From: Bacteroidales bacterium
GTDB lineage: Bacteria > Bacteroidota > Bacteroidia > Bacteroidales > UBA932
Length of the DNA: 64,000 bases
NCBI GenBank assembly: GCA_017550655.1
Contig: JAFZOK010000023.1
Coordinates: forward strand, 7,047-71,046
Reading direction: 5' to 3'
The notes below the pieces were generated by a model. The model ran no database searches and was not told the origin of the DNA. It was given only the letters and a program-made list of their open reading frames with translations. The position numbers were made by a program, and so were the translations under genes. The stretch's first letter is position 1. The number at the start of each line of letters is the position of its first letter. Below are positions 42,463-50,495 of the stretch, in pieces.

Positions 42463-43698
42463 ATGAAAAAGATAAAGATTGCCCTGCCGTGGCAGATATT
42501 GATAGGACTTTTGCTGGGAGCCGTTTTCGGAATCCTCCTGCCGCAATATGCCGGATACATAGACTGGGCCGGACAGATTTTCCTCAGAGCCCTGAAGATG
42601 ATAATCATTCCGCTGGTTTTCACCTCCCTGGTTGTGGGAGTGGCCAGCATCCAGTCTTCCAGAGACCTGGGAAGGATTGCCGGAAAGACCCTGCTCTACT
42701 ATCTGGCGACCACGGCCATCGCCATCGCCATCGGCCTTGTACTGGTTAACCTCATAAAGCCCGGTGTCGGAGCCAACCTTCCTATGCCGGAGAACGTGGA
42801 TGTTTCCACCATCGGCAAGAGCAACACCTCCTTCATGGACCAGATAATCCATATTGTTCCGGACAATATCTTCAAGGAGATGAGTGCCGGCAACATCCTG
42901 CCAGTCATATTCTTTGCCATCATCTTCGGATTCTTCATCACCCGAAGCGGAGAAAAGACCAAGACCACCCTTCTGGATATCTGCAACTCCATTAACGAGG
43001 TGATTATGAAGATCACGATGTTTGTCATCAAACTCGCTCCTTACGGAGTGTTCGCCATCGTGAGCAATATGCTGGCAAAGCAGATAAATGCCGGAAACTC
43101 CATCGTTGAACTTATAAGCTCACTGGGTATATACCTTCTTGTAGTCTGGGCCGGAATGCTCATCCAGTTCTTCGGAGTGCTGCCTGGCGGAGTCTTCCTT
43201 CTCGGAAGGGAGCATCCTTACCGCCACATGAAGAAAATGTCCACCGCAATCCTGACGGCATTCTCCACTTGCTCTTCCGGTGCAGCCCTTCCAATCTCTA
43301 TGCGCGACAGCGAGACCAAGTGCGGAATCTCCAACAAGATAACCAGTTTCGTGCTGCCTCTGGGAGCTACTGTCAATATGAACGGAACGGCTTTGTACGA
43401 GGGAGTTACGGTGCTGTTTATCGCCCAGGTCTACGGCATCGACATGAGCATTACCCAACAGCTGATTGTGCTTGGAACCGTTATGCTCTCCGCTATCGGA
43501 ACCGCCGGCATCCCTATGGCGGGATTCGTGATGCTGTCTATAGCCCTCAGCGTTGCCGGACTTCCACTGGAAGCGATGGGCCTGGTTCTTGCAATAGACC
43601 AGCTCTGCGATATGCCTAGAACCGCCACCAACTCTTACGGAGATGCCTGCGGAGCAGTCATCATCGCCAAGAGCGAAGGAGAAAAACTAACGATATAA
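42463..43698 (+). CDS. Dicarboxylate/amino acid:cation symporter (DAACS/SDF family)
   Basis: 411 aa with the hairpin motifs TCSSGAALPISM and GATVNMNGTALYEG. Confidence 0.88.
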   Translation: MKKIKIALPWQILIGLLLGAVFGILLPQYAGYIDWAGQIFLRALKMIIIPLVFTSLVVGVASIQSSRDLGRIAGKTLLYYLATTAIAIAIGLVLVNLIKPGVGANLPMPENVDVSTIGKSNTSFMDQIIHIVPDNIFKEMSAGNILPVIFFAIIFGFFITRSGEKTKTTLLDICNSINEVIMKITMFVIKLAPYGVFAIVSNMLAKQINAGNSIVELISSLGIYLLVVWAGMLIQFFGVLPGGVFLLGREHPYRHMKKMSTAILTAFSTCSSGAALPISMRDSETKCGISNKITSFVLPLGATVNMNGTALYEGVTVLFIAQVYGIDMSITQQLIVLGTVMLSAIGTAGIPMAGFVMLSIALSVAGLPLEAMGLVLAIDQLCDMPRTATNSYGDACGAVIIAKSEGEKLTI

Positions 43699-43709
43699 CA
43701 TCTTTGACA

Positions 43710-45125
43710 ATGAATATAAGACTTCTTCTAACCGCGACATTCGTATTAACCGCATCGCTGAGCATAAACGCCCAGCCTTATAAGGGAAAACAGACCAGCC
43801 AGGTTTATGCGGTACCGGACTGGGAACAGGTTCAGGCCAATCCGAAACTGGTGCTTTCAGACTACCAGCCATATCCTGTAATAGACCAGGATCCGGCTTC
43901 CATTCCTGCTCTGACCAAAGCTCCTAAGGGATACAAGCCATTCTACATCAGCCACTACGGAAGGCACGGTTCCCGCTGGCTGATCAACAGCGAGTATTAC
44001 CAGGATCCGGTAGCATTCCTCAAAAAGGCCAACGAGGAAGGTATGCTTACACCTAAGGGACAGGATGTCCTCAGAAGGATAGAGAAAGTGGAGGAAGCCT
44101 CCAGGGGACGCTACGGGGAACTCACACGCCTGGGAGCAGAGCAGCACCGCCAGATTGCCGGAAGAATGTTCAGGAACTTCCCGGAGGTTTTCAAGGGAAA
44201 TGTTGCAATAGACGCTAAGTCCACCATCATCATCAGGTGCATCCTCAGTATGGAAGCCTTCTGCATGAGACTCAAGGAGCTTAACCCTAAACTGCAGATT
44301 TCCAACGATGCGTCCAACCACGACATGTACTATATGAACTATCAGGACAAGGACAAGTTCTTCAGCAAGATAACTTCCGCTCCCGAGAATTCAGCCATCC
44401 TTAAAGCTTACAGGGACAAGGTTTTCAAGCCTGAGCGTCTTGCCCAGTCTCTGCTGAAGGACACCTCTTTCTTCAGCACCTACAACGGGAAGTTTGGCTA
44501 CAAGGACAATCCTGACAACCTTCCGCACTATACTCCGATGACTCTCCTGTACGACCTTTACCAGCTGACTGTCAACCTTCCGAACACGGACCTTGACATC
44601 CGCCTGGACGATGTTGTCACACTCGAGGAACTTTATGGAGTCAACCTCTACCGCAACCTCGGTTCCTACAGATACGCGGGCTTCTGCGATATGGGGCAGT
44701 GCGTTACCCCTTACCGCCAGACCTACCTTGTCAAGAACATCATAGAGACTGCAGACAAAGCCATTGCAGAAGCGGGGACAGACGGAAGGAAGAGCGCAGG
44801 CGCTACCCTCCGCTTCGGCCACGACTCCAACCTGATGCCTCTATGCTCAATCCTGAACATAGACGGTGCGGGAGTATACGAGCCTGACAACGACAACGTT
44901 GCAAATGTCTGGAACATGGAGCACTATATCCCTAAGGCAGGCAACCTCCAGTTCATTTTCTACGGAAAGAAAAATGCTCCTGTGCTGATTAAGGTTCTCC
45001 TCAACGAGCACGAGGCCACGCTGCCTGTGGAAACCGACAACTTCCCTTACTACGAGTGGGAAAAGGTAAAAGCCTTCTACCTCAATATTCTGGACAACTC
45101 CCCTATCAAAGACAAATTCAATTAA
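43710..45125 (+). CDS. Secreted histidine acid phosphatase (branch 2, MINPP/phytase-like)
   Basis: ATG 43710 gives a signal peptide (MNIRLLLTATFVLTASLSINAQ). The catalytic RHGxRxx motif (SHYGRHGSRW) and the proton-donor HD motif (RFGHDSNL) are present. Confidence 0.75.
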   Translation: MNIRLLLTATFVLTASLSINAQPYKGKQTSQVYAVPDWEQVQANPKLVLSDYQPYPVIDQDPASIPALTKAPKGYKPFYISHYGRHGSRWLINSEYYQDPVAFLKKANEEGMLTPKGQDVLRRIEKVEEASRGRYGELTRLGAEQHRQIAGRMFRNFPEVFKGNVAIDAKSTIIIRCILSMEAFCMRLKELNPKLQISNDASNHDMYYMNYQDKDKFFSKITSAPENSAILKAYRDKVFKPERLAQSLLKDTSFFSTYNGKFGYKDNPDNLPHYTPMTLLYDLYQLTVNLPNTDLDIRLDDVVTLEELYGVNLYRNLGSYRYAGFCDMGQCVTPYRQTYLVKNIIETADKAIAEAGTDGRKSAGATLRFGHDSNLMPLCSILNIDGAGVYEPDNDNVANVWNMEHYIPKAGNLQFIFYGKKNAPVLIKVLLNEHEATLPVETDNFPYYEWEKVKAFYLNILDNSPIKDKFN

Positions 45126-45146
45126 TCGCGATAAAAAACTCACGGT

Positions 45147-46226
45147 ATGAAAAAGATATTCTCAGCGATTTTTGCAACAATCCTTCTGGCAGTATGCAAC
45201 CTTGCCCAGGCCCAGGATACACCACCTGCCACTAAAGACACTTTGAGCATTAATTTCCTCAAGCACACGGATCCTGGTGATCTCTTGCCTTTCAAATACA
45301 TCTATCAGAGGGCAAAAATCAGTCAGGATACTGCCATAACCTGCGCTATCTCCAAGGACATTTTATTCGAGGTTCTGGAAAACAACAAGGAAGAAGAGTA
45401 TGTTGTGGTCAACATCACCCAGTCTAACTTCCAGAAAACCGGGCCGGAGAGTAATGCCCCGCTCTACAACCGGGGTAGTTTTTATGCTGAAGGGATTCCG
45501 GTAGAAATAACCATTGGCTATGACGGAAGGATGTATGGCAGTTCCGACACCCTGGTTTCCAGGGCAATACGGAACATGAACCATATTGCAGACACCTTAA
45601 GTAACAGCATATTAAATACGGCAAAACTTTCCAGGGAAGCAATTCTCAAATCCTTGACCAATCTCGCGGACACAGGTTACGTCATGAGTGAATTTGTGGC
45701 GGACCTGTCTCCTTTGTTCTTCCCCGGCGAATACTCATTCGTCGCAAACGAATCCTACACAATCGCCGACAGTGTCCTTTGCGGCATAGACAACAAATAT
45801 CATCAGGATATTACAGTTTTCGGATGGGATGAGGAATTCTCAAAGGAAAACGAACAGTTCCGCGATATTTATGTAATAAGAAAATTCAACGCCCAAGAGC
45901 CTATGCTGTTCATCGAGAAGTTTAATCCCGACATTACGGAAGAGGAGGCTAAGGAGCTAATTGAAAAGTACGGGAAAAGACTGATCGGTGCAGTTGAAAC
46001 CACTATCCTGGCGGACAAGGGGATGGGAATACCTATTCTTGTAGATATGGAGCTTGTTAACGGCTTCTATGATCAATTGGGAGACGACTATATCAGCCTC
46101 TCCAAAATAATGATTGCCCTGGATACCGATAAGCTGGCGGAATTGGAGGGAGGAGACGATGACGACGAGGAAGAAGACAACGGCGAGCCACGCTACGACG
46201 ACTACGGTTTCATTAAAGTCAAGTGA
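45147..46226 (+). CDS. Secreted hypothetical protein with an acidic C-terminus
   Basis: 359 aa with a signal peptide (MKKIFSAIFATILLAVCNLAQAQ) and the tail GGDDDDEEEDNGEPRYDDYGF. No known motif was recognised. Confidence 0.6.
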   Translation: MKKIFSAIFATILLAVCNLAQAQDTPPATKDTLSINFLKHTDPGDLLPFKYIYQRAKISQDTAITCAISKDILFEVLENNKEEEYVVVNITQSNFQKTGPESNAPLYNRGSFYAEGIPVEITIGYDGRMYGSSDTLVSRAIRNMNHIADTLSNSILNTAKLSREAILKSLTNLADTGYVMSEFVADLSPLFFPGEYSFVANESYTIADSVLCGIDNKYHQDITVFGWDEEFSKENEQFRDIYVIRKFNAQEPMLFIEKFNPDITEEEAKELIEKYGKRLIGAVETTILADKGMGIPILVDMELVNGFYDQLGDDYISLSKIMIALDTDKLAELEGGDDDDEEEDNGEPRYDDYGFIKVK

Positions 46227-46237
46227 TGTGAAGAGAG

Positions 46238-46325
46238 TGCGCCTTCTGACACATAGATTGGGACAGTAAGAGCATTTTTGGCCGATTTTGCTCCTTCTGA
46301 CACATAAAACGGGACAGAGGGAGCA
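46238..46325. repeat. Tandem pair of 37-nt hairpin-forming repeats (46238-46274 and 46289-46325)
   Basis: TGCGCCTTCTGACACATAGATTGGGACAGTAAGAGCA and TGCTCCTTCTGACACATAAAACGGGACAGAGGGAGCA are about 80 percent identical with a 51-nt period. In copy 2 the ends form an 11-bp stem (one G-U pair). Confidence 0.6.
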
Positions 46326-46353
46326 CTTGCAGAGATAATTGAGAGGGTAATAA

Positions 46354-46418
46354 GTCCCGAAGGGACCGGCCGGGTAGGCCGCATACCCCCCCTTGGGGGG
46401 TAGCCGAAGGCAGGGGGG
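46354..46418. repeat. GC-rich triple-hairpin element, copy 2
   Basis: GTCCC-GAA-GGGAC, CGGCC-GGGTA-GGCCG, CCCCCCC-TT-GGGGGG, then TAGCCGAAGGCA-GGGGGG. Order and orientation match 23709-23764. Confidence 0.6.
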
Positions 46419-46429
46419 AAAAGTGAAAT

Positions 46430-46476
46430 ACACCACAAAAAAAGCAGGCTTTTCGGCCTGCTTATTTTTGTGGTGT
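46430..46476. terminator. Bidirectional Rho-independent terminator (tRNA-Phe on the minus strand, 45147..46226 on the plus strand)
   Basis: Core stem AGCAGGC / GCCTGCT is flanked by an A-run and a T-run. Pairing can extend to ACACCAC / GTGGTGT, whose right arm is the tRNA 3' end. Confidence 0.75.
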
Positions 46477-46543
46477 CACCGGGAATCGAACCAGGGACAC
46501 AAGGATTTTCAGTCCTTTGCTCTACCAACTGAGCTATGACACC
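46471..46543 (-). tRNA. tRNA-Phe (anticodon GAA)
   Basis: Minus-strand sequence GGTGTCA-TA-GCTC-AGTTGGTA-GAGC-A-AAGGA-CTGAAAA-TCCTT-GTGTC-CCTGG-TTCGATT-CCCGG-TGACACC-A folds as a cloverleaf with perfect acceptor, D and anticodon stems. There is one U-C mismatch (51-63) in the T stem, and CCA is not encoded. Confidence 0.92.
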
Positions 46544-46558
46544 ATCGGTTTGGGAGTG

Positions 46559-46566
46559 CAAATATA
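46559..46566 (-). promoter_or_regulatory. Candidate -7 box (TATATTTG on the minus strand) for tRNA-Phe
   Basis: TAnnTTTG match ending 15 nt upstream of the mature tRNA 5' end. Confidence 0.4.
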
Positions 46567-46577
46567 GAGATTATTTT

Positions 46578-46585
46578 TATTTTTG
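46578..46585 (+). promoter_or_regulatory. Candidate -7 box (TATTTTTG) for priA
   Basis: TAnnTTTG match ending only 5 nt before ATG 46591. Confidence 0.35.
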
Positions 46586-46590
46586 CAACT

Positions 46591-48681
46591 ATGGACGGGC
46601 AATTTGTTTTTTACGCTTGTGTGATACTCCCGATAAAATTCGAGGAGGAGATTTTCTATGGGGTAACGTCCACTATGGAAGGAATCTCCACTGGAAGCTG
46701 GGTGGAGGTGGAGTTTGGGGGAAGAACCCTTCAGGGCGTGGTCAGAAGGACAGCCTCCTGGAGCGGACTGCCCCAGAAGAGCAGGAGCGTGGAAATCAAA
46801 TCCATCGGAAAACTTCTTGACAGAACTCCGGTGGGTTCCTCCGAAATCCGTTTCTGGGATGTTGTAGCAAGGTATTATCTCTGCACAACAGGAGAAGTCT
46901 TCAAGGCGGCATACCCTATCCTCAGCGTAAGGCAGCAGGAAGTCTCTTCCCACAAAAAGCCGGAGGACGTGCTTTCAAAACTGGAAGACGGGTTTGAAGA
47001 TATCGCACTGTCAGAAACTCAGCAGAAGGCCCTGGATGAGATTTTGTCCGAGATGGAAAAGAGGACCGTACTGCTGGAAGGAGTGACGGGAAGCGGCAAG
47101 ACGGAAATCTACATAAAGCTCATAGACAAGTGCATGAAAGAAGGCAAGGATGCGCTGTATATGGTGCCTGAAATCGCGATGGGAAACCATCTGCACTCCA
47201 GGCTGAAGAAGCATTACGGGGAAAGGCTGCTGATATTCCATTCCGCAGTAACCCAGGCCGGGAAAAAGCTCATCCGCGATATCCTGACCTTCAAGGGAAA
47301 TGAAGAATGTCCGAGAAAGCCGGTTGTGGTGCTTGGAACCCGCAGTTCAATTTTCCTCCCGATGGAAAACCTGGGCCTTGTGGTAATTGACGAGGAGCAC
47401 GACCAGAGCTACAAGCAGGAAGATCCGGCACCTAGGTACAACGGCAGGGATGCCGCCTTGCTGCTTGCCCAGATGCACTCTGCAAAGGTAATATTGGGAA
47501 GTGCAACGCCATCATTTGAAAGCCTTTACAACTGCTACACAAGGAAATTCTCAAGGGTTCTCCTGCCGGAGAAATACTTCCAGTCCCCGCCTCCTGAGGT
47601 TACGGTGATAGACACTATCTGGACAAGGAAGAGCCGCCAGATGAAAGGCAGTTTTTCCCAGCAGCTGATAAATCTGATAGAAAAAACCATCGCGGAGAAA
47701 AAACAGGTTCTGGTATTCAGGAACATAAGATCCTATTCTCCGGTTGTTCAGTGCGCGGAATGCGGAGAGATTGTAAAATGCCCGCACTGCAACGTTCCAC
47801 TGAGTTATCACCGCTATGACAACACCCTCCGTTGCCACTGGTGCGAACACAAGGCCCCGTTCTCCCCGGTATGCCCTTCCTGCGGAAAGCAGGCACTGGA
47901 GCTCAGGGGCGCCGGAACGGAAAAAATCGAGGAAGAACTCAAGGAACTTTTCCCTCAGGCCAGTATCGCCCGCTATGACGCGGACATTACAAAGAGCAAG
48001 AAAGATGCCGAGAAGGTATTGTCTGACTTTGAAAAGGGCAACACTGACATACTTGTCGGAACCCAGATGACAAGCAAGGGCTTTGACTTTGAAAACCTTG
48101 CGCTTGTGGCTGTGATCCAGGCGGATACCATACTTTCGCAGCAAGACTTCCGCTCGGATGAGAAGGCAATGCAGCTATTCGTGCAGCTGCTTGGAAGAAG
48201 CGGAAGGAGAAACTCCCGTGGCCATCTGGTAATACAGACCAACCAGAAAAACCATCCGGTTATAAGCAACATCAAAGAGATGGCCGCCCGGCTAAGCTGG
48301 GAATATGAAACAGGAGCCCATAACGCCGCACATTCGGAGGAAAAGCCAAACGGAGATATGATGGCGGAAAGGAGCATGTACTGTTTCCCTCCGTTTGTAA
48401 GGCTGGTGAATGTGATTCTGAGGAACAAGAACTACCATAAGCTGGAGACCGCCGCAAATTCCCTTTCCCACGTCCTCAAGAATTCCAGGTCTTTCTCGGC
48501 GATGGAAGTCAGCGGCCCGTTTGCCCCGAGAATGGAAAAACTCAGGGACGAATATCAGCTGTGCTTCTCGGTGAAGTTTGCCAAAGACAACCGCCTGCAG
48601 GCAAACAAGGATGCCCTGAAAAAAGTCATATCGCTGATGAAACTCCCCGTCCAGACTATAATTGACGTGGATCCCGTATAA
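46591..48681 (+). CDS. priA: Primosomal protein N' (replication restart helicase PriA)
   Basis: 696 aa with Walker A GVTGSGKT, the DEEH box (VVIDEEHDQSY), and a Cys-rich zinc region (CPHCNVPLSYHRYDNTLRCHWCEH...CPSCG). Confidence 0.93.
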   Translation: MDGQFVFYACVILPIKFEEEIFYGVTSTMEGISTGSWVEVEFGGRTLQGVVRRTASWSGLPQKSRSVEIKSIGKLLDRTPVGSSEIRFWDVVARYYLCTTGEVFKAAYPILSVRQQEVSSHKKPEDVLSKLEDGFEDIALSETQQKALDEILSEMEKRTVLLEGVTGSGKTEIYIKLIDKCMKEGKDALYMVPEIAMGNHLHSRLKKHYGERLLIFHSAVTQAGKKLIRDILTFKGNEECPRKPVVVLGTRSSIFLPMENLGLVVIDEEHDQSYKQEDPAPRYNGRDAALLLAQMHSAKVILGSATPSFESLYNCYTRKFSRVLLPEKYFQSPPPEVTVIDTIWTRKSRQMKGSFSQQLINLIEKTIAEKKQVLVFRNIRSYSPVVQCAECGEIVKCPHCNVPLSYHRYDNTLRCHWCEHKAPFSPVCPSCGKQALELRGAGTEKIEEELKELFPQASIARYDADITKSKKDAEKVLSDFEKGNTDILVGTQMTSKGFDFENLALVAVIQADTILSQQDFRSDEKAMQLFVQLLGRSGRRNSRGHLVIQTNQKNHPVISNIKEMAARLSWEYETGAHNAAHSEEKPNGDMMAERSMYCFPPFVRLVNVILRNKNYHKLETAANSLSHVLKNSRSFSAMEVSGPFAPRMEKLRDEYQLCFSVKFAKDNRLQANKDALKKVISLMKLPVQTIIDVDPV

Positions 48682-49626
48682 CTACATCCTGTAGGAAGAA
48701 CCAACCACAACCTTGATGCTCTTTGGAACAAGGGCAAACCTGAACGGAGACGTGCCCACAGCCTCCCCGTCTATCTCGATTCTGGTTTCAGGCTCGGTGT
48801 GGATTTCAATGGTGCGGCACTGCTTGAACAGAACTTCCGGCAGGGTGTAGATCTTACCTGAATACAGGAGCTTGAAATTCCTCATGACCTTGAGCTTGGA
48901 CATATCGGTGATTACAGTAAGGTCAAGCAGGCCGTCATCTATGGCGGCGTTAGGAGTCTGCTGCATACCGCCTCCGTTGAACCTTCCGATGCCGACCGCT
49001 CCAGAGAAAACCTGTCCGCTGTAGAAAGTCTCTCCGTCTGCGATGATATCGAAATGGTTGTTCCTGTATTTTAAAAGAGTGTTGAAAGTGCTTCTCAGAT
49101 AAAGCCCCTGACCATACTTGCCCTGGTCCTTGAGGTTATTGTACTTAAGGTTTACTACGGCATCAAAGCCCAGGCCGGCCACATTTGCCATATACCTTAC
49201 GTGAGGAACCCTGGTCTCGAAAAACTCCACCTTGCCCACATCCTGAAGGACGGTCCTTTTCTGGACCAGAGCCGCAACGGCCTCGGAATAGGTTGTGGAG
49301 ATACCGTACATACGAATCCAGTCGTTTCCGGTACCGGTTGGAATCACAGCCAGGAAAATATCCGTGGTCGGAACGGCCTTCTGTATGAAGATTCCGTTCA
49401 CCACCTCGTGGATGGTGCCGTCTCCCCCCACCGCCACTATATGCCGATAACCGTTGTTGATGGCATTTACGGTAAGCTCTATGGCGTGGAATTTATGCTC
49501 GGTGAACACGCAGGTAAACTTCAATCCGCTGTTGTACATAAGGTTAGAAATCACGGGCCAGTCCTTTAACCCGCGACCGCTTCCCGCCTTGGGATTTACA
49601 ATAACCATCCAACTTTCCGTAGTCAT
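48682..49626 (-). CDS. Diacylglycerol-kinase-fold lipid kinase (YegS/BmrU family)
   Basis: 314 aa with the GGDGT motif (VAVGGDGTIHEV). Its stop abuts the priA stop with zero spacer. Confidence 0.85.
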   Translation of the reverse strand: MTTESWMVIVNPKAGSGRGLKDWPVISNLMYNSGLKFTCVFTEHKFHAIELTVNAINNGYRHIVAVGGDGTIHEVVNGIFIQKAVPTTDIFLAVIPTGTGNDWIRMYGISTTYSEAVAALVQKRTVLQDVGKVEFFETRVPHVRYMANVAGLGFDAVVNLKYNNLKDQGKYGQGLYLRSTFNTLLKYRNNHFDIIADGETFYSGQVFSGAVGIGRFNGGGMQQTPNAAIDDGLLDLTVITDMSKLKVMRNFKLLYSGKIYTLPEVLFKQCRTIEIHTEPETRIEIDGEAVGTSPFRFALVPKSIKVVVGSSYRM

Positions 49627-49681
49627 AACGGGTACAAAAATAATAAAATCACCAATGCAAAGGAATACCCGATTTTTTTGC

Positions 49682-49689
49682 TATTTTTG
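49682..49689 (+). promoter_or_regulatory. Candidate -7 box (TATTTTTG) for parAB
   Basis: TGCTATTTTTGT lies 20 nt upstream of ATG 49710. Confidence 0.4.
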
Positions 49690-49709
49690 TTGGGTTATGA
49701 CGAAATGAT

Positions 49710-50495
49710 ATGGGTAAAGTAATTTCAATAGCGAATCAGAAGGGCGGAGTGGGAAAAACCACCACCGCAATCAACCTTGCCGCATCGCTTGCCGTGCTGG
49801 AGAAAAAGACTCTGCTGATAGATGCGGATCCTCAGGCCAATGCCACCTCGGGACTGAATTTCAACCCTAACTCGACAGACAAGAAAACCATATACGAAGT
49901 TCTGATTGGAACCCGCCAGATTGAGGAAATCCTGCTGGAGACCGAAATCAAGAACCTCTATGTGGCTCCGTCCCACATAAACCTTGCGGGAGCGGAAATC
50001 GAGCTGGTTGAAGAAATAGAATCTCAGGAAGACAGAGCTAATGTCCTGAAAAACTCCATAGCCCACATAAGGGACAAGTTCGATTACATAATCATAGACT
50101 GCGCCCCTTCCCTGGCTACGGTAACAATAAACGCCCTGGTGGCGTCAGATTCCGTAATCATCCCTATCCAGAGCGAATTCTTTGCGCTGGAAGGCCTGGG
50201 CAAACTGCTCAATACCATAAAGCTCACCCAGATTGAGCTGAATCCTGACCTTACAATCGAAGGCTTCCTGCTTACGATGTTCGACTCCAGGCTAAGGCTT
50301 GCCAACCAGGTAGCCGAGGACGTAAGAAGGCACTTCGGAGCAATGGTCTTCGAGACCATAATCAACCGTAACGTAAGGCTCAGCGAAGCCCCTAGCCACG
50401 GAAAGCCTGTTATCCTGTACGATGCGATGAGCAACGGATCCAACAATTACCTTAACCTCGCCAAGGAGGTGATAGCCAAGAACCAGCAGTTATGA
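49710..50495 (+). CDS. parA: Chromosome partitioning ATPase ParA/Soj
   Basis: Deviant Walker A motif NQKGGVGKTTT; 261 aa; 4-nt overlap with parB. Confidence 0.93.
   Translation: MGKVISIANQKGGVGKTTTAINLAASLAVLEKKTLLIDADPQANATSGLNFNPNSTDKKTIYEVLIGTRQIEEILLETEIKNLYVAPSHINLAGAEIELVEEIESQEDRANVLKNSIAHIRDKFDYIIIDCAPSLATVTINALVASDSVIIPIQSEFFALEGLGKLLNTIKLTQIELNPDLTIEGFLLTMFDSRLRLANQVAEDVRRHFGAMVFETIINRNVRLSEAPSHGKPVILYDAMSNGSNNYLNLAKEVIAKNQQL

Noticed and set aside
46238-46325. Possibility that the 37-nt direct repeats are a degenerate mini-CRISPR array.
   Set aside because: There are only two copies with about 80 percent identity and a 14-nt spacer, far too short, and there are no cas genes in the window.
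45147-46543. Possible integrated mobile element at the 3' end of tRNA-Phe.
   Set aside because: There is no integrase, excisionase or transfer gene, no direct repeat of the tRNA 3' end at lower coordinates, and the neighbouring genes form an ordinary metabolic string. Only a very old scar remains conceivable.
45957-46953. Three overlapping minus-strand ORFs (45957..46436, 46202..46561, 46534..46953) covering the structured intergenic region, tRNA-Phe and the priA 5' end.
   Set aside because: They read through a tRNA gene, a terminator and GC hairpins, and their products are Pro/Gly/Ser/Cys-rich nonsense. The region is better explained by RNA or structural elements and by priA on the other strand.
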